NCBI RefSeq assembly: GCF_006345805.1
Contig: NC_042998.1
Location: forward strand, 80,166,001-80,230,000
Direction of reading: 5' to 3'
Length of the DNA: 64,000 nt
Origin: Octopus sinensis
Taxonomy: Eukaryota
A program made the translations under genes and the position numbers. Below, in pieces: positions 26,300 through 39,537 of the stretch; position 1 is the first letter of the stretch; each line of letters starts with the position of its first letter. The notes beneath the pieces are model-generated. The model had not been told where the DNA came from and did no database searches. It saw only the letters and a list, made by a program, of their open reading frames with translations.

Positions 26300-26498
26300 A
26301 CACATACACAACAGCTTGGATGTTTGCTTGAACATATATACACATGCAATATATTCAATAAAAAGCATGAACATAAAATGCATGAGTTTGTAGGTACAAT
26401 ACAACCTTATAGCATAAATTATATAGCTGACACACACACACACACACACACAACCAGACACAGGCATACACATGCATACATGCACAACGTGGATTCAC

Positions 26499-26530
<32 letters not shown>

Positions 26531-26945
26531 GCACATATATACACAGAGCATTATACACACACACTACATTGTATACACAAGGGAGGTGCAAACAATAAAC
26601 ATTATGCACACATACATGTGCAAACATATACATGTAAAGGTAACATTATGCATGCATTCACATGGAAGCACATTCACATGCATGCATGATGCATGTATGT
26701 ATATGTATATATACATACAAATGCATATATGCATTTACATACACACATGTCCATACACACACATATGTATCCATATGCATAAACACATGTATGCACATAT
26801 GCTAATGTATACATGTATTATACTAGTGCACACATATACAAATGCATGTATGTACTATCATGCACATGTGCACACACTGAATTCATAGGCAGGCATGTAT
26901 ACAAGCATGCAGAGATGCATGTACAAGCACACAAGCACACACAAC
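26300..26945. repeat. Degenerate CA/TA/TGCA purine-pyrimidine tract
   Basis: Seen directly; a related tract lies at 25710-26130. Confidence 0.9.
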
Positions 26946-27884
26946 AGAAGAAATGGTATTTCTGCAGTACAGTCAGTATAGAAAAGAGTTGACATAGAAA
27001 GACCATCAAGACTCAATAGCTTGAAGTAAAATTGATTTTTACTGAAGCGTGAATGAAGAACCCTAGCAAAACTGCTAGAAATAACACACCGTTGCACTTC
27101 CTTGCAGTTCTACTTGCACATCATGCAGTGGTGCTTTATTAGGCAAACCAAACTCAAGCCTCACTTGAATCAAGATCTTCCTTCCTCACAATTAGTTAGA
27201 ATTTTTACCCTATAGACAATCAATGCTCCAATGTTCTCTTTTGTCTTTTCTTTCTGCTCCTCCTTCCATTCTTCTTCTTTTTCTATTTCTTGGCCTTGCA
27301 TTTCTGTTTTGTATTTTGTGCTTCAATGTATCTTATGCTTAGGAGATTTGAAATATTAACTTTCTTTTGGCACACAGAAAAGACAGAATTAATTTAGGTC
27401 AGTCAGTAATTGTTATTGCTATTAATTTCTTTCATTGTATATTTCAATCATTTATTTGCCATCATGCACCTCCCCCACAAAACACACACACACTCTTGCA
27501 CTAATTACATCATTCCTAAACTATTGTTAAGTTGGATCCAATGAAGAATAAGAAAAAAAGAAATCAATTGACATGTTAGAAATAGTAACCAAATCCTTCT
27601 TAAATCACATTCCTGATTTATTACTATGTCTGACAAAAAGCTGGTCAAGGCTGGAATGCTTTTTATCATGGGTCTGATGTATTAGAGCTGGCCTGTGACA
27701 AAATGATAATAAACCTGCATATCTGAAGAAGGCGTCCAAAACATCACAAAAATAGATCTCACCTACTTGGTCTTCTTCAGCAATATTAAAACACAGTGCA
27801 CACACCATCTCATAGAAAGAAATGTTGGGTGCTAAGTCTATTCAATCTGAGCAGGATAAACATACCAAGGACTATTCAATATTA

Positions 27885-28105
27885 ATGATAGTTTCTTTTG
27901 AAAACTTCACTAAGACTGTGTGGTAAGAAGCTTGCTTCCCAACCACATGGTTCCGGATTCAATCCCACTGCATGGCACCTTGGGCAAGTGTCTTCTACAA
28001 TAGCTTCAGGCTGACCAAAGCCTTGTGAGTGAATTTGGTGGATGGAAAGAAGCCCATTATGTGTGTGTGTGTGTTTGTCCCCACTGCCATTACTGATGCT
28101 GGTGT
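27885..28105 (-). mobile_element. SINE family A 5' half. Note: the head reads on the + strand here (gtgtggtaagaagcttgcttccc...ggattcaatccc)
   Basis: ctgtgtggtaagaagcttgcttcccaaccacatggttccggattcaatcccactgcatggcacc at about 27915-27980, followed by the core and (TG)n. Boundaries and strand field are uncertain; the sequence supports + orientation. Confidence 0.6.
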
Positions 28106-28524
28106 ATTTATGTCTCTGACAATCTCTCTTTAAAATGAGCTGAAGAAGGAGCCTCTGCATGGTCACTCAGCCACCTTGAACTGAAATACTACCTTAAACT
28201 TTCAAAAAAGATACACAGGATATAATGTGTCTGGAAAAATTCAGGATCACCATGTCTGGAATACCACTGATTATAAGCTAGGCTGACTTGGAGCTGAGTG
28301 GTGGTGATGATGATGATAATGATGACATTGATGATGATAATGGTGGTGGTGTTGGTGGTGTGTGTGTTTATTAAATAACAAAACTATTATCTTAGAAACT
28401 AGGTTTTCTTCTTCAAGACCAAAAATGCTTCAACCCTGTACAGCTCCTGAACCTTTTAAAGGAACAAATATATTGTTCACTAAAGTACACTATTCAGATA
28501 TTCCTTGAACTGTCAATAATATCA

Positions 28525-30190
28525 GTTTCAACTTTTGGTACAAAGCCAACAAGTTTGGGGCAGAGGGTAAGCCGATTACATCAACGCCAGTGCTTGACTG
28601 CTTACTTTTTTCATCAACCCCAAAAGAATGAAAGGTAAGGTTGACCTTGGCAGAAATTCAACTCAGAACGTAAAAATGGGCGAAATGCTGCCAAGCATTT
28701 TGCCTGGTATGCTAATAATTCTACCAGCTTTCCACCTTTGAACTGTCAATAATATCAACCCCTACACTTGAATGGCACTTTATTTTCATACCTCCAGTGG
28801 ATGAAAAGCAAAGTTGATTTAGGCATGATTTGAACTCACAACATAAAGAGCTGGAACCACAAAGCATTTTTGTCCAACATTCTAACAATTCCACCAACCT
28901 AATAATTCTTTGTATTATAGGCAAAAATATTAAAATTTTGGGGGAGGGGGCTAATCAATTATTTTGAACTAAGTACCTGACTGAAGCAAAGTTGACCTTT
29001 GCAGAATTTGAACCCAGAACATAAAGACAGACGGAATGCAGTTAAGCATTTTGTCTGGTATGCTAACAATTCGGCCAACTTCCCACAATAATAATAATAA
29101 TAATGATGATGATTTCAAATTTTGGCACAAGACCAGAAATTCTGGGGGAGGTGACAAGTCGATTACATTGACCTCAATGTTCAACTGGTGCTTATTTTTT
29201 TGATCCAAAAAGGATGAAAAGTAAACTCAACCTTAGCAGACTTTGAAATCAGAACGCAAAGACAGACGAAATGCTGCTAAGAATTTTGCCCAGCATGCTA
29301 ACAATTCTGCAAATAATAATCCTTTCTATTAAAGGCACAATGCTTGAAATTAGGGGAGAAGGGCAAGTCGATTACATTGACCCAATGTGTTACTGGTACT
29401 TATTTCATCAACCCCAAAAGGATGAATGGTAAAGTCAACCTCAGTAGAATTTGAACTCAGAACATAAAGATGGATGGAATGCAACTAAGCATTTTTCCTG
29501 TCACGCTAACAATTCTGCTAGCTTGCAGCCATAATAATAATCATAATCGTTTCTACAATAGGCACAAGGCCTGAAATTTGGGGAAAGGGGACAAGTTGAT
29601 TATATCAACCCCAGTGTTCCACTGGTACTTAATTTATAAAGGTGGTGAGCTGGCAGAAACGTTAGCACACCGGGCGAAATGCGTAGCCGTATTTTGTCTG
29701 CCGTTACGTTCTGAGTTCAAATTCCACCAAGGTCGACTTTGCCTTTCATCCTTTCGGGGTCGATAAATTAAGTACCAGTTACGCACTGGGGTCGATGTTA
29801 TCGACTTAATCCGTTTGCCTGTCCTTGTTTGTCCGCTCTGTGTTTAGCCCCTTGTGGGTAGTAAAGAAATAGGTACTTAATTTATTGACCCCGAAAGGAT
29901 GAAAGGCAAAGTCGACCTCAGCGGAATTTGAACTCTGAATGTAAAGACAGGCAAAATGCCACTAAGCATTTTGCCCAATGTGCAAGCGATTCTGCCTGCT
30001 GGCCGCCTTATAATGTTAATAATAATAATTTCTCGTTAAAGCATAAGGCCACAAATATGATGGAAGGCACAGTTGATTAATGTAATCCCAGTACTTAACT
30101 GGTACTTTATTTTATCAATTCTGGTGAGATTTTAACTCCAAATGTAAAGGATTCAAATCTCACTTTGCCTTTTATCCTTGTGGAGTCAAC
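28525..30190 (-). mobile_element. Cluster of about 7 head-to-tail SINE family B copies plus one nested inverted copy
   Basis: Copies at about 28525-28737, 28758-28900, 28900-29085, 29086-29312, 29312-29530, 29530-30009 (split) and 30015-30190, each with the core 'aaaggatgaaaggcaaagttgacc' and 'ttgaactcagaac'. Confidence 0.88.
29638..29871 (+). mobile_element. Young SINE family B copy with 14-bp TSD
   Basis: A-box-like tggcagaaacgttag, B-box-like gagttcaaattcc. TSD ggtacttaatttat at 29624-29637 and 29872-29885. Confidence 0.93.
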
Positions 30191-30699
30191 AGAATGAGAG
30201 ACAAAGCCAACCCAGATAAAAGATGAAGAAAACAGTGTTACAAAAAAATAAATAAATAAATAAAAGGAAACAGAAAGTAAGGGGAAAAACAAAACTCGGT
30301 TACAGCTATACTATAATGGAAATAATGTTGATTATGTTTGTTCAGGGTAAAACAGGGAAAATGGTTTGGAAATGAATATGAGTTGAATTATAGTTGAAAC
30401 TGAGATGATGAGAAAGAGTTCCTGGGGGTAGGTAAAGGAGTTCTTATAGGCAAGAAAGAAAAAAAGAAAAGAAGGAAAACGCAGATAAGGAAATTATCTG
30501 TACCAAGAATTTGTTGAGGTAAAAATAGATTTCTGCATTATGATAAGTATGATGTAGGTATTATTTATACAAACTAACACTGTTCATAAAACATATGCTC
30601 AGAAGGGTGGCTTTCAAAACGAAAGCTTAAAAAAAAAAAAATGAAACTAAACCAGCAGGAAATTGTCTATGAAGCATTTAGTCATCATGTAGCAAAATA

Positions 30700-30750
30700 G
30701 TGAAGAGTGTGTGTGCGTGTATGTGTGTGTGTAAGTATATGTGGATGTGA

Positions 30751-30835
<85 letters not shown>

Positions 30836-31255
30836 TATGTATGTACATGTACATTCACCATACATATGCATGCATATATGCATGTACATACATATGAAAA
30901 CACACAGTGTATACATTTATGTATGTGCATGTATGCATATATATATACACATGCACACACACAACATATGCATATATGCATGTACATACAAATAAAAACA
31001 GATATATATACAAATATATGTACATGCACGCACATATAAAAATGCACACTATATATATATATATATGTATATGCATATATATATATGCGCACACACATGC
31101 ATATACTATTCACATATACAAATAAGAATATGCACTACAAATACATATTTACATATAAAGCCATCATACACACACACACACACATTTATGCATATAGAGA
31201 CATAAATACATTTATCTACGTGTATATAAAACTACACATACATACAAATACACAC
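30700..31255. repeat. Compound (TG)n/(TA)n/(CATA)n microsatellite
   Basis: Seen directly. Confidence 0.95.
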
Positions 31256-31604
31256 TTTCAAACTAGGCTCAGATGTATAGATGCCAGGACAGCTCTACTG
31301 AATGACAAACCTTGAATGTTTATATGAAAAGATATGAAGATAACAAGAAACATCTGATAAGTTTAAGCATATAAAATATATATATGTGTGCCTGTATATA
31401 TTTACATACATAGTTATATACATTTATATATAAAGATATAAGCTTATTGTATACAGTGCTCAGGTGCACTACAATTCAAAGGAAAAGGAGTAAAAAGGGG
31501 GACAGAAAGCAGCAGCAATAAATTAAATACAGAAGACAGCAATGAAATCCATATATATATATACATATATATATATAGTTAGATAGATAGATAGAGATAT
31601 ATTT

Positions 31605-31985
31605 TATCTTTTACTTGTTCCAGTCATTAGACTGTGGCCATACTGAGGTACTGCCTTGAAAAATTGTAGTTGAACAAATCGACCGCAATGGGTTTTTTTT
31701 TGTGTAAAATCTAGTATTTCTTCTATCAATCTTGTTGCTGAACCGCAAAGTTATGAGCATGTAAACACACTAACACAGCTTGTCAAGCAGTGGTGGGACA
31801 CACACACACACACCACACACACACACACACACGACAGAATTCTATCAGTTTCCATCTGCCAAATCCATACACAAGGCTTTAGTTGGCTTGAGGTTATAGT
31901 AGAAGACACTTGCCCAAGCTGCCATACAGTGGGACTGAACTTGGAACCTTGTGGTTAGAAAGCAAGTTTCTTACCACACTTGACA
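31605..31985 (-). mobile_element. SINE family A, full length
   Basis: ttttacttgttccagtcattagactg...(CA)n...gggactgaac...cttaccacac. Confidence 0.88.
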
Positions 31986-32386
31986 TGCTTATAAAACAAA
32001 AAAAAACAAAAAAACACAGCACCCATATCTTTTGGAAACATTTTTTCACACTCCAAATTATCAAAGCATCAAATAAATTACCCTTGTCAGTTGTTAGGTC
32101 CCAGGACCTTGTACCCTTCGAAAAATTCCATGCTTTCTGAAATTCCCAGTATTACTCTTGACATGCCTATGCATCCTCTTGTCTTGATGACTCTTCTACT
32201 GTTCAGTTAGCTGTCTTATCCTGTCTACAATTCATGCATTTTTGATTATTTTTGCTGTCTTGTCTTTATTCGTATTTATTATTAACTCTGCATTTTGTCC
32301 AATCTTTTACTATTTTCTAATGAGTTATAGTCTACCTGAGCACTACATATAATAAGCTCGTTATTGTCACTCTTCCTATATAAGTA

Positions 32387-32822
32387 GGTGCAGGTATCAC
32401 TGTGTGGTTAGAAGTTTACTTCCCAACCACATGGTTCTGGTTTCAGTTCCACTGCATGGCACTTTCAGCAAGTATCTTCTGCTATAGCCTCAGGCCAACC
32501 AAAGCCTTGTGAGTGGATTTGGTAGAGGGAAACTGAAAGAAGCCCATCATGTAATATATGTGTGTGTCTGTGTGTGTGAGTGGAAGAGAGAGAGTGTGTG
32601 TGTGTGTGTGTGTGTATGTATCTTTGTCCCCCATGCCACTGCTTGACAACTGGGGTTGGTGTGTTTACATCCCTGTAACTTAGCTGTTCAGCAAAAGAGA
32701 CTGAATAAGTACCAGGCTTGAAAAAAAAAGTACTTGGGTGGATTTGTACAACTAAAGTTTTTCAAGGCAGTGCTCCAGCATGGTCACAGTCTAATGACTG
32801 AAAGGAGTAAAAGAAGATAAAA
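32387..32822 (+). mobile_element. SINE family A, full length, CpG-decayed
   Basis: ggtgcagg...tgtgtggttagaag...gtttcagttccactgc...(TG)n...aatgactgaaaggagtaaaag. Confidence 0.9.
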
Positions 32823-33574
32823 GAATCATACAATCTGCCTTCTACTGAGAGAGAGAAAATTGCTTTGTTACCGGCTCAAGTAATATATCCCTGAACAAGG
32901 ATAAGAGTGAGGTGGAAAAATAGTTTGTTCTTGTTTTTTCCATTTAAATATTAAAAAGAAAACAGGTCACAGATGATTATTGATTTACCAAACTGGGTAG
33001 AAAAAACAGGGAACTCGTATAGTTGATTACATTGACCCCTGCACTTATTTTGATTGACCTTGTGTGAAATTTGAACTCAGAATGTGTATGTATGTGTCAG
33101 TATTTCTACATGTATTAAGAGTTGTAAAAATACACACATAACATTATGCATAAAAAAATACACATGTATCATACATTTTCACATTTATACTAAAATAACA
33201 GTGAAAGATAGACATGTTTGCTCACCAAAGTGAATCTGTGGTTGGAGTACCGGTGGACCAAGCTGGTACATAGATGATTGCAGTAAGTTCAAAATACAGC
33301 TAAGTATTTTATCACACTTTCTAAACATTCAACTGTCTGCTTTATTGGATTGCTTAAACATAAACCAAACTTGTTAAGATATAATACAGAGATAAGTGAT
33401 ATTGGAGATAACTCTTAAGCTTATAAAAATGTAGATATTTGTATTAAGGAAAATGAGTTAACCTATTTGAATATACAACTGAAGGCAAACACTAAGCTAA
33501 TGGGCTTAAGTACAGTTTGGTACCTCATTCCTTCCACTATCTTTGTTTTCTCATAACTTTCTTAATCTTTTATG

Positions 33575-33947
33575 TTCTACTTGTTTCAGTCATTGAACTA
33601 TGGCCATGCTGGGGCACTGCCTTGAAGGATTTAATGAAACAAATCAACCCCAGTACTTATTTCATTGGTATCATTTGCCAAACTGCTAAGCTACAAGAAT
33701 ATAAGCAAACCAACCACCAGTTGTCAAGTGGTGTTAGAGGACAGACATAAATTCAAGGATACACACACATATAGATATATACATATATGTGTATATAATG
33801 GAATTCTTTCAGTTTCTGTCTACCATATACACTCACAAGGCTATGATTGGCTCAAAGCTAATGCAGAAGACTCCCAAGGTGTCATACAGTGGAACTGAAC
33901 CCAGAACCATGTAATTAGAAAGAAAACTTCTTACCACACAGTCATGA
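33575..33947 (-). mobile_element. SINE family A, full length
   Basis: cttgtttcagtcattgaactatggcc...ggaactgaacccagaaccatg...cttaccacacagtcatg. Confidence 0.85.
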
Positions 33948-34604
33948 ACTTCTTTTCTTTCTGAGGAAAAAAATATTCATTAAAAAAAACAGAATTCACA
34001 AACATGGCTGTGTGGTTAAGAAGCTTGCTTTCAAACACAGGGTTTCAGGTTCAACTTCCACTGCATGGCACTTTTGGCAAGAGTCTTCTAAAATAGCCTT
34101 GGGCCAACCAATGCCCTATGAGTGTCCAAGATGCCATGTAGTGGGACTGAACCTAGAACCATGTGGTTGGGAAGCAAGCTTACCACACAGCCATGCCTGC
34201 ATCTATAAAAATATGTTTTATAAAAAAAACTATCAGGAAACAAAGTCAAGTACTAAACTATAGTCATGCTAGTTAATACTTAAAATATATCAAATGTTCC
34301 AGAGCTCCTCGCTACTTCATATGAATCAAAGCTAAACTATAGTTTCATGGTGTAAACTGGATGAGAGAGAGATCTTTTTCTAGATAGGAGACATTCTGTC
34401 TTTAGCAGGTGACATTCAAAGCATCTCTGGTACCTTTCTCAACATCAATATGACAGAGTCATATTTAATTCAGTGTGCTGCTCTAATTCACATTGAAGCA
34501 CCAGATATTGATTTGAAATCAAGACATATGAGTTGAGAGATAATTTCCTTATCCACTCAGCCAATTTGTCTCCACCTAATACTTAGGTCTATTTACTGTA
34601 GTAG

Positions 34605-34805
34605 TTGTTGTTGTTTAACCCCAGGTTACTGATCCAAAAGACCTATTCCAATTGGAACCACTTCATCTTATATTCAAACAGCTTATCTAGGACAATGTTT
34701 GTCTTATCTTGAGGCAGTAGCTAGTGATCATTAAATCTGTTAAATATTTGGCTGCTGTTTCTAATGGGTTCAATGATCATGCAGAGGTTGCCTCTTGTTA
34801 AATGA
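34605..34805 (-). mobile_element. Interspersed repeat family D
   Basis: gttgttgttgtttaaccccagg...ttggctgctgtttcta...gcagaggttgcctcttgtt is the reverse complement of family D. Confidence 0.7.
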
Positions 34806-35844
34806 GAGGAAAATGAATATGCCACTGGATGGGACACTAATCACAGGTAATTTGCTTTGAAAGGACCAGAGTATATTCCCTATAAAGTAAAATTATGCAA
34901 AAAGAGTGAGGTATCTCAACTCAGAAAAACAAATACAGTCATAATTAGTAATCTCACATCTCTTGAACTACTACTGCAAGCAACAGCAGCAGCAGTACAA
35001 TCACATTGAATACTATGTCTCTGGATTCACTTTGCTACATTCCTTTCAATAACATATAAAAGTGGTGCTCCAGCATGGCTGCAGTCAAATGACTGAAACA
35101 AGTAAAAGAGTATCCTTGGCTGATAAATATAGCATGCCACTCAGTTTAACACCACCACTTTGTTCTTAGATGCCTTAAACAGAGTTCTGTCTGTGAAAAG
35201 TCTACCGAGGAGAAAGGGCCTAGTCGAACTTGTAATGCACTTGGTGTGGGGGCAAGCACATGCTTTTCGTTGCAGATGTCCAGATCAGACAATGACAATG
35301 TGATCAGTCTGACCAAACCTATAGACATTTACCTCCCTTTTCTGACTAACTTTTGGAGAAATAAACATGAATTCCCATGCAAACCAATTTTTTTAAATTG
35401 TAGGTCATCTTAATAAAGGTGTTAGTTTTGATGAGTTGCTAGAGTATCAGAAAGAATAACTTATGATTTTCATTCCAGCTCTCAACACTGAGTTCAAACC
35501 TTACTAAGGTCAATTATGCTTTTCATTCTTTGCTAGGAGACAAGCAAAGCTAACAGATAGTAAAGGGAAACCACTGTAGTATCTTCAAAAAAATACACAA
35601 ATCTTCAGGCTTTGGCATGGAAATCCTTGACCACTAATGGTCATAGTCACAGCATGAGAAGAGAGAGTTGTTGTAAAGATATTTTGACAACTCAGTCAGG
35701 AATTGGGGGGGCCAGGAATAAAGTGAGGCAATCTCCTTAGAAGAAAAAATAGTGATTTGCTTCATTTTTACTAGAACATGAAGTCAGCATGGCCAGTGAG
35801 ATTGGGGGGGGGGGTGACTTCTCAGCCACCTAATATTATATCTT

Positions 35845-36222
35845 TTATCTTTTACCTGCTTCAGTATATTGGACTGTAGCCATGCTGGGGCACTTTCTTG
35901 AAGGGTTTAATCAAATAAATCAACCCTAGTACTAATTTTTGAATCAGATATTTATTCTATTAGTCTCTTTTGCCAAACTGCTAAATTACAGGGACGCAAA
36001 CAAACCACCACCAATCAACAAGTAGTGGGTGGGGGCAAACACAAAACCACACACACACACAATGGGCTTTCACACAGTTTCCATCTACCAAAATCATTCA
36101 CAAGGCTCTGGCTGGCCTGCGGCTATAGTAGAAGGTATTACCCAAAGAACCATGCAATGGGCCTGAACCCAAAACTACATGGTTGCATAGCAAGCTTCTT
36201 AACCACACAGCCATGCCTGCAC
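35845..36222 (-). mobile_element. SINE family A, full length
   Basis: atcttttacctgcttcag...aaatcaaccc...cttaaccacacagccatgcctgcacc. Confidence 0.85.
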
Positions 36223-36689
36223 CATAAAAGTATCATATCAAGTTCTACAAGAAAATAAAATGCCATTGACAAATTTCTACATAATATAAAGGCTCTTCTT
36301 TAAAAAAAAGAGGTGGGGGAGGGCACAAGCTTAAAAAAAAATTGCATTGTGTTTAGTCAGCATCTTTGTGTGAGAAATTCCTAAATAGATGGCAATAAAT
36401 GAGTGTATAAAAAAAAAAGATAATTAATCACTGAATGATTCCAAAATTAAACAAAGGAGCTAACTGCGCTAATGTGTGTGAGAACATGCATGCAAGTGTG
36501 TGTGTATGCGTAAAAACTCATGTGTGTATGTGTAAGAACATGCAGATGCATGTGTGTATCGATAGGATGGGGTGGAACCATCAAAGTTAGTGTCATGCAC
36601 TCATTTTCTTTCTAATTTATTCTAGATAAAGTGAAATGTATGCATGTAAGGATATATGTATATCTGTGTGGTGTGTATGTGCTAGTGTG

Positions 36690-36776
36690 TTTGAATATGT
36701 GTGTGTGTGCATACGTATATATGTGTGTGTATATATACATATATATATATATATACACATATATATATATATACAC

Positions 36777-36809
<33 letters not shown>

Positions 36810-37073
36810 CATATCATCATCATCATATACATATATATACATATATACATACATATATACATATATATACATATATACACATATATATATATACATATAT
36901 ACATATATATACATATATACACATATATATATATACATATATACATATATATACATATATATATACATATATACATATATACACACATATATACATATAT
37001 ATACGTATATATATATATACATACATATATACATATACATATATACATATATTATATATATACATATATACAT

Positions 37074-37134
<61 letters not shown>

Positions 37135-37150
37135 ATACACATACATATAA
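36690..37150. repeat. Long compound microsatellite (TATATACACA/TATATACA units)
   Basis: Seen directly. A second tract lies at 37390-37690. Source of the six-frame Y/I/H/T ORFs. Confidence 0.97.
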
Positions 37151-37528
37151 CACAATACACATGGAAAAAAAAAGGAGAAAAATGAGTGATAGTTATATAA
37201 TTACAGTTAAGTGCCAAGCTAGCTTTTTAAACATGAGAGTTACCATGTCTCAGCATTACTGACATGAAATAGAATTAAAAATTGCAAATATATCCCACAA
37301 CGGGAAAGTAACAAAAATATTAGTGAGATAGAAATGAGCAAACTGAGATGACGAGAGACAGAAAGGAAGTAGGATTCTGTATAGGTAGATAAATAAGTAT
37401 GTGCATATATATGTAAGTGCACATGGATGTGTATGTGTGTGTGTGTGTATGTATATATATATACACATATGTATATGCATACACACATACATGTATATGT
37501 ACATATGTATATAATTTGTATATGAACT

Positions 37529-37563
<35 letters not shown>

Positions 37564-38224
37564 ATTTGTAGCATGTACATGCATACACACATACATAACT
37601 ATATAAATATATATATATATAATTATTATATACATAAATATATGCATATATATACATGTAATTGCACACACACATACAAACATACAAGACAATACAAGAA
37701 ATATAATCTATATAATTTCATTAATAGCATCATTACAATGCAATGATACAGAATTGGAGACAACAAAAATCCAAGTATGGGTTTTCTACTGAAATAAGAT
37801 TATATTTCTTACAAGTATTTTAATGGCTTGGTATTATATAGCACCATGTCAATTAAAATGAAAGCTTTATGTAATAATTCTAGCCATCTCACCAATTATA
37901 TATTAAAAATAACCGGGTTCTAATAATATACTGTGCATTACATACATTTTCTAAAAGTCTTTCTTTGTCTTCAGTGGTAAACCCTGTAAAAGATCACGGA
38001 GATAATTTTTCTAGTGAAGAGATTCTGTGATCTGGTTTCAATTCTAAGTTTTAAATACCTCAATAAAATATATAAGTTACATTTTTTTTGTTTTTGCTTT
38101 ATTAATGCTCTTTGTTCATTGTAAAATGCTATGAAATGTTATGAGATATTGATTTTCTAAAAAAAAATTCAATCTATGTATATAATTTGTATTGTCTACG
38201 GATTTAAAACGGAAATAATTTTCT

Positions 38225-38637
38225 AGATGTGGCTGTGTGGGTAAGAAGTTTGTTTCTGAATCACATAGTTTTAGGTTCAATACTGTTGCATGGCACTTTG
38301 GGCTGGTGTCTTCTACTATAGCCCCATGCTGGCCAAAGCCTTGTGAATGAATTTGGTAGATAGAGACTGAAAGAAGCCCAGTGTGTGTGTGTGCATGTGT
38401 GTGTGTCTCCATGTCTGTCTTGACATCAAGTGATGGTTGAAAATGAGCATCACCATCATTCAAGTGGTTTTGAGTATTTCAAATCCCTCCTGAAAACAAG
38501 TCCAGCTGTAGGTAAATACAATCTTGCTTGAAAACAAGTAAGGGTTGGTGATAGGAAAGGCATCCAGTTGTACAGTATTAGCCTCAATGAATTCCATCTG
38601 ACCCATAGAAGCATGGAAAAGTAGACTTAAAACTGAT
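38225..38637 (+). mobile_element. Hybrid SINE (family A head and core, RTE-type tail)
   Basis: tggctgtgtggg...ggttcaatac...(TG)n...cttgacatcaagtgatggttgaaaatgagcatcac...ggaaaggcatccag...gcatggaaaagtagac. Confidence 0.8.
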
Positions 38638-38948
38638 TTAAAAAACATTATACTTAATGCTACATAACCTTTGAAGGTATTGCTACCGTAAGGAAGTTAA
38701 GGTCCTGAACTACAAACCATATGATCATCACTTCAGATCTCAGGGTTGTCAATAAACATGCTGTGTTGCTGAACAAAGCACCCAGCTATTCTTATTCCTG
38801 TTTGCCTGACAGAATGAAAATAGTGAAGGAGACCTGAAACAGATGTGGAATATAGAGGGCATGTCATTGATGACATCACAAAGGTGACAAAATGACCTTG
38901 ACAAACATAGCTGGTCAATTGAACAATTGAAGAGTTAACTGGTTAAAT

Positions 38949-39112
38949 CAGAGGTTCTCAACTGAAGTCAATATAAAATTTTGTAGTTAAAATTCATCTG
39001 CAATAAATAGCAAAAATATAATAGGATTTTTTAAACATTAAATGACTATGAATAAAATAGGAAAATAGGAATCAAAAGGGGTCCATTGGCCAAAAATTGT
39101 TGAGAACCACTG
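38949..39112. mobile_element. hAT (Charlie-like) MITE (164 bp)
   Basis: TIRs CAGAGGTTCTCAAC / GTTGAGAACCACTG. 8-bp TSD ggttaaat (38941-38948) / ggctaaat (39113-39120). Confidence 0.85.
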
Positions 39113-39326
39113 GGCTAAATGGTTAGCCAAATGACCCATAATAATAAATGAAGTGAAATTGAACCAGTATGTATATATCCCTTTATTATTAGCATAATGA
39201 TCCTCATGAGATACCACAAAATCTGTTTCAACATATGAGTTCACATCAAGAGTTTTACTAACCAAAATGCAAAAATGGAAACAGGCTTCAGTTTTATTTC
39301 ATAGTTGAGTGATTAGCAATAAGAGC

Positions 39327-39537
39327 ATTCAACAAGGTGAAACGGGGAGCCTCTGTGGTTGCTTGACCTGCTAGAAATAGCAACTCTCAAACCACACCAT
39401 ACTGACATAAACAAACAAGAAGCATTCAATGATATGATTTTGGACACAAAGCCTGAAAAGCAAACTAGTGTGGTCAGCATTGGAATGCTTTTGATCATAA
39501 ATCTCCCTCAGTTTGACTTGGGGCTAAATAACAATTG
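39327..39537 (+). mobile_element. Interspersed repeat family D (probable retroposon, (AAC)n-type tail)
   Basis: ggggagcctctgtggttgcttgacctgctagaaatagc...ttggaatgcttttgatcata...ttggggctaaataac. Homologous pieces at about 13690-13875, 16960-17075, 19070-19320, 34605-34805 (-), 43065-43260 and 57800-57960. Confidence 0.7.

Noticed and set aside
27605-27808. 67-aa minus-strand ORF MVCALCFNIAEEDQ...
   Set aside because: Its 3' part overlaps a family D repeat, and no homology is recognisable.
28525-30190. Regularly recurring motifs that could suggest a CRISPR-like array
   Set aside because: The units are ~200-bp diverged eukaryotic SINE copies, with no constant repeat/unique spacer structure and no cas genes.
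34290-34500. Possible hAT transposase trace (-) or ~45-codon open frame after a 'tttagcAG' acceptor (+)
   Set aside because: Only vague motif similarity, and there is no good donor before the stop.
35146-35410. Complex stretch with open frames on both strands (e.g. VISLTKPIDIYLP)
   Set aside because: No consistent splice pair and no recognisable family.
36612-37262. Six overlapping 140-208-aa ORFs; similar sets at 26.3, 30.7, 44.3, 61.2 and 61.8 kb
   Set aside because: Dinucleotide microsatellites lack stop codons, and the products are Y/I/H/T or C/V/M runs.
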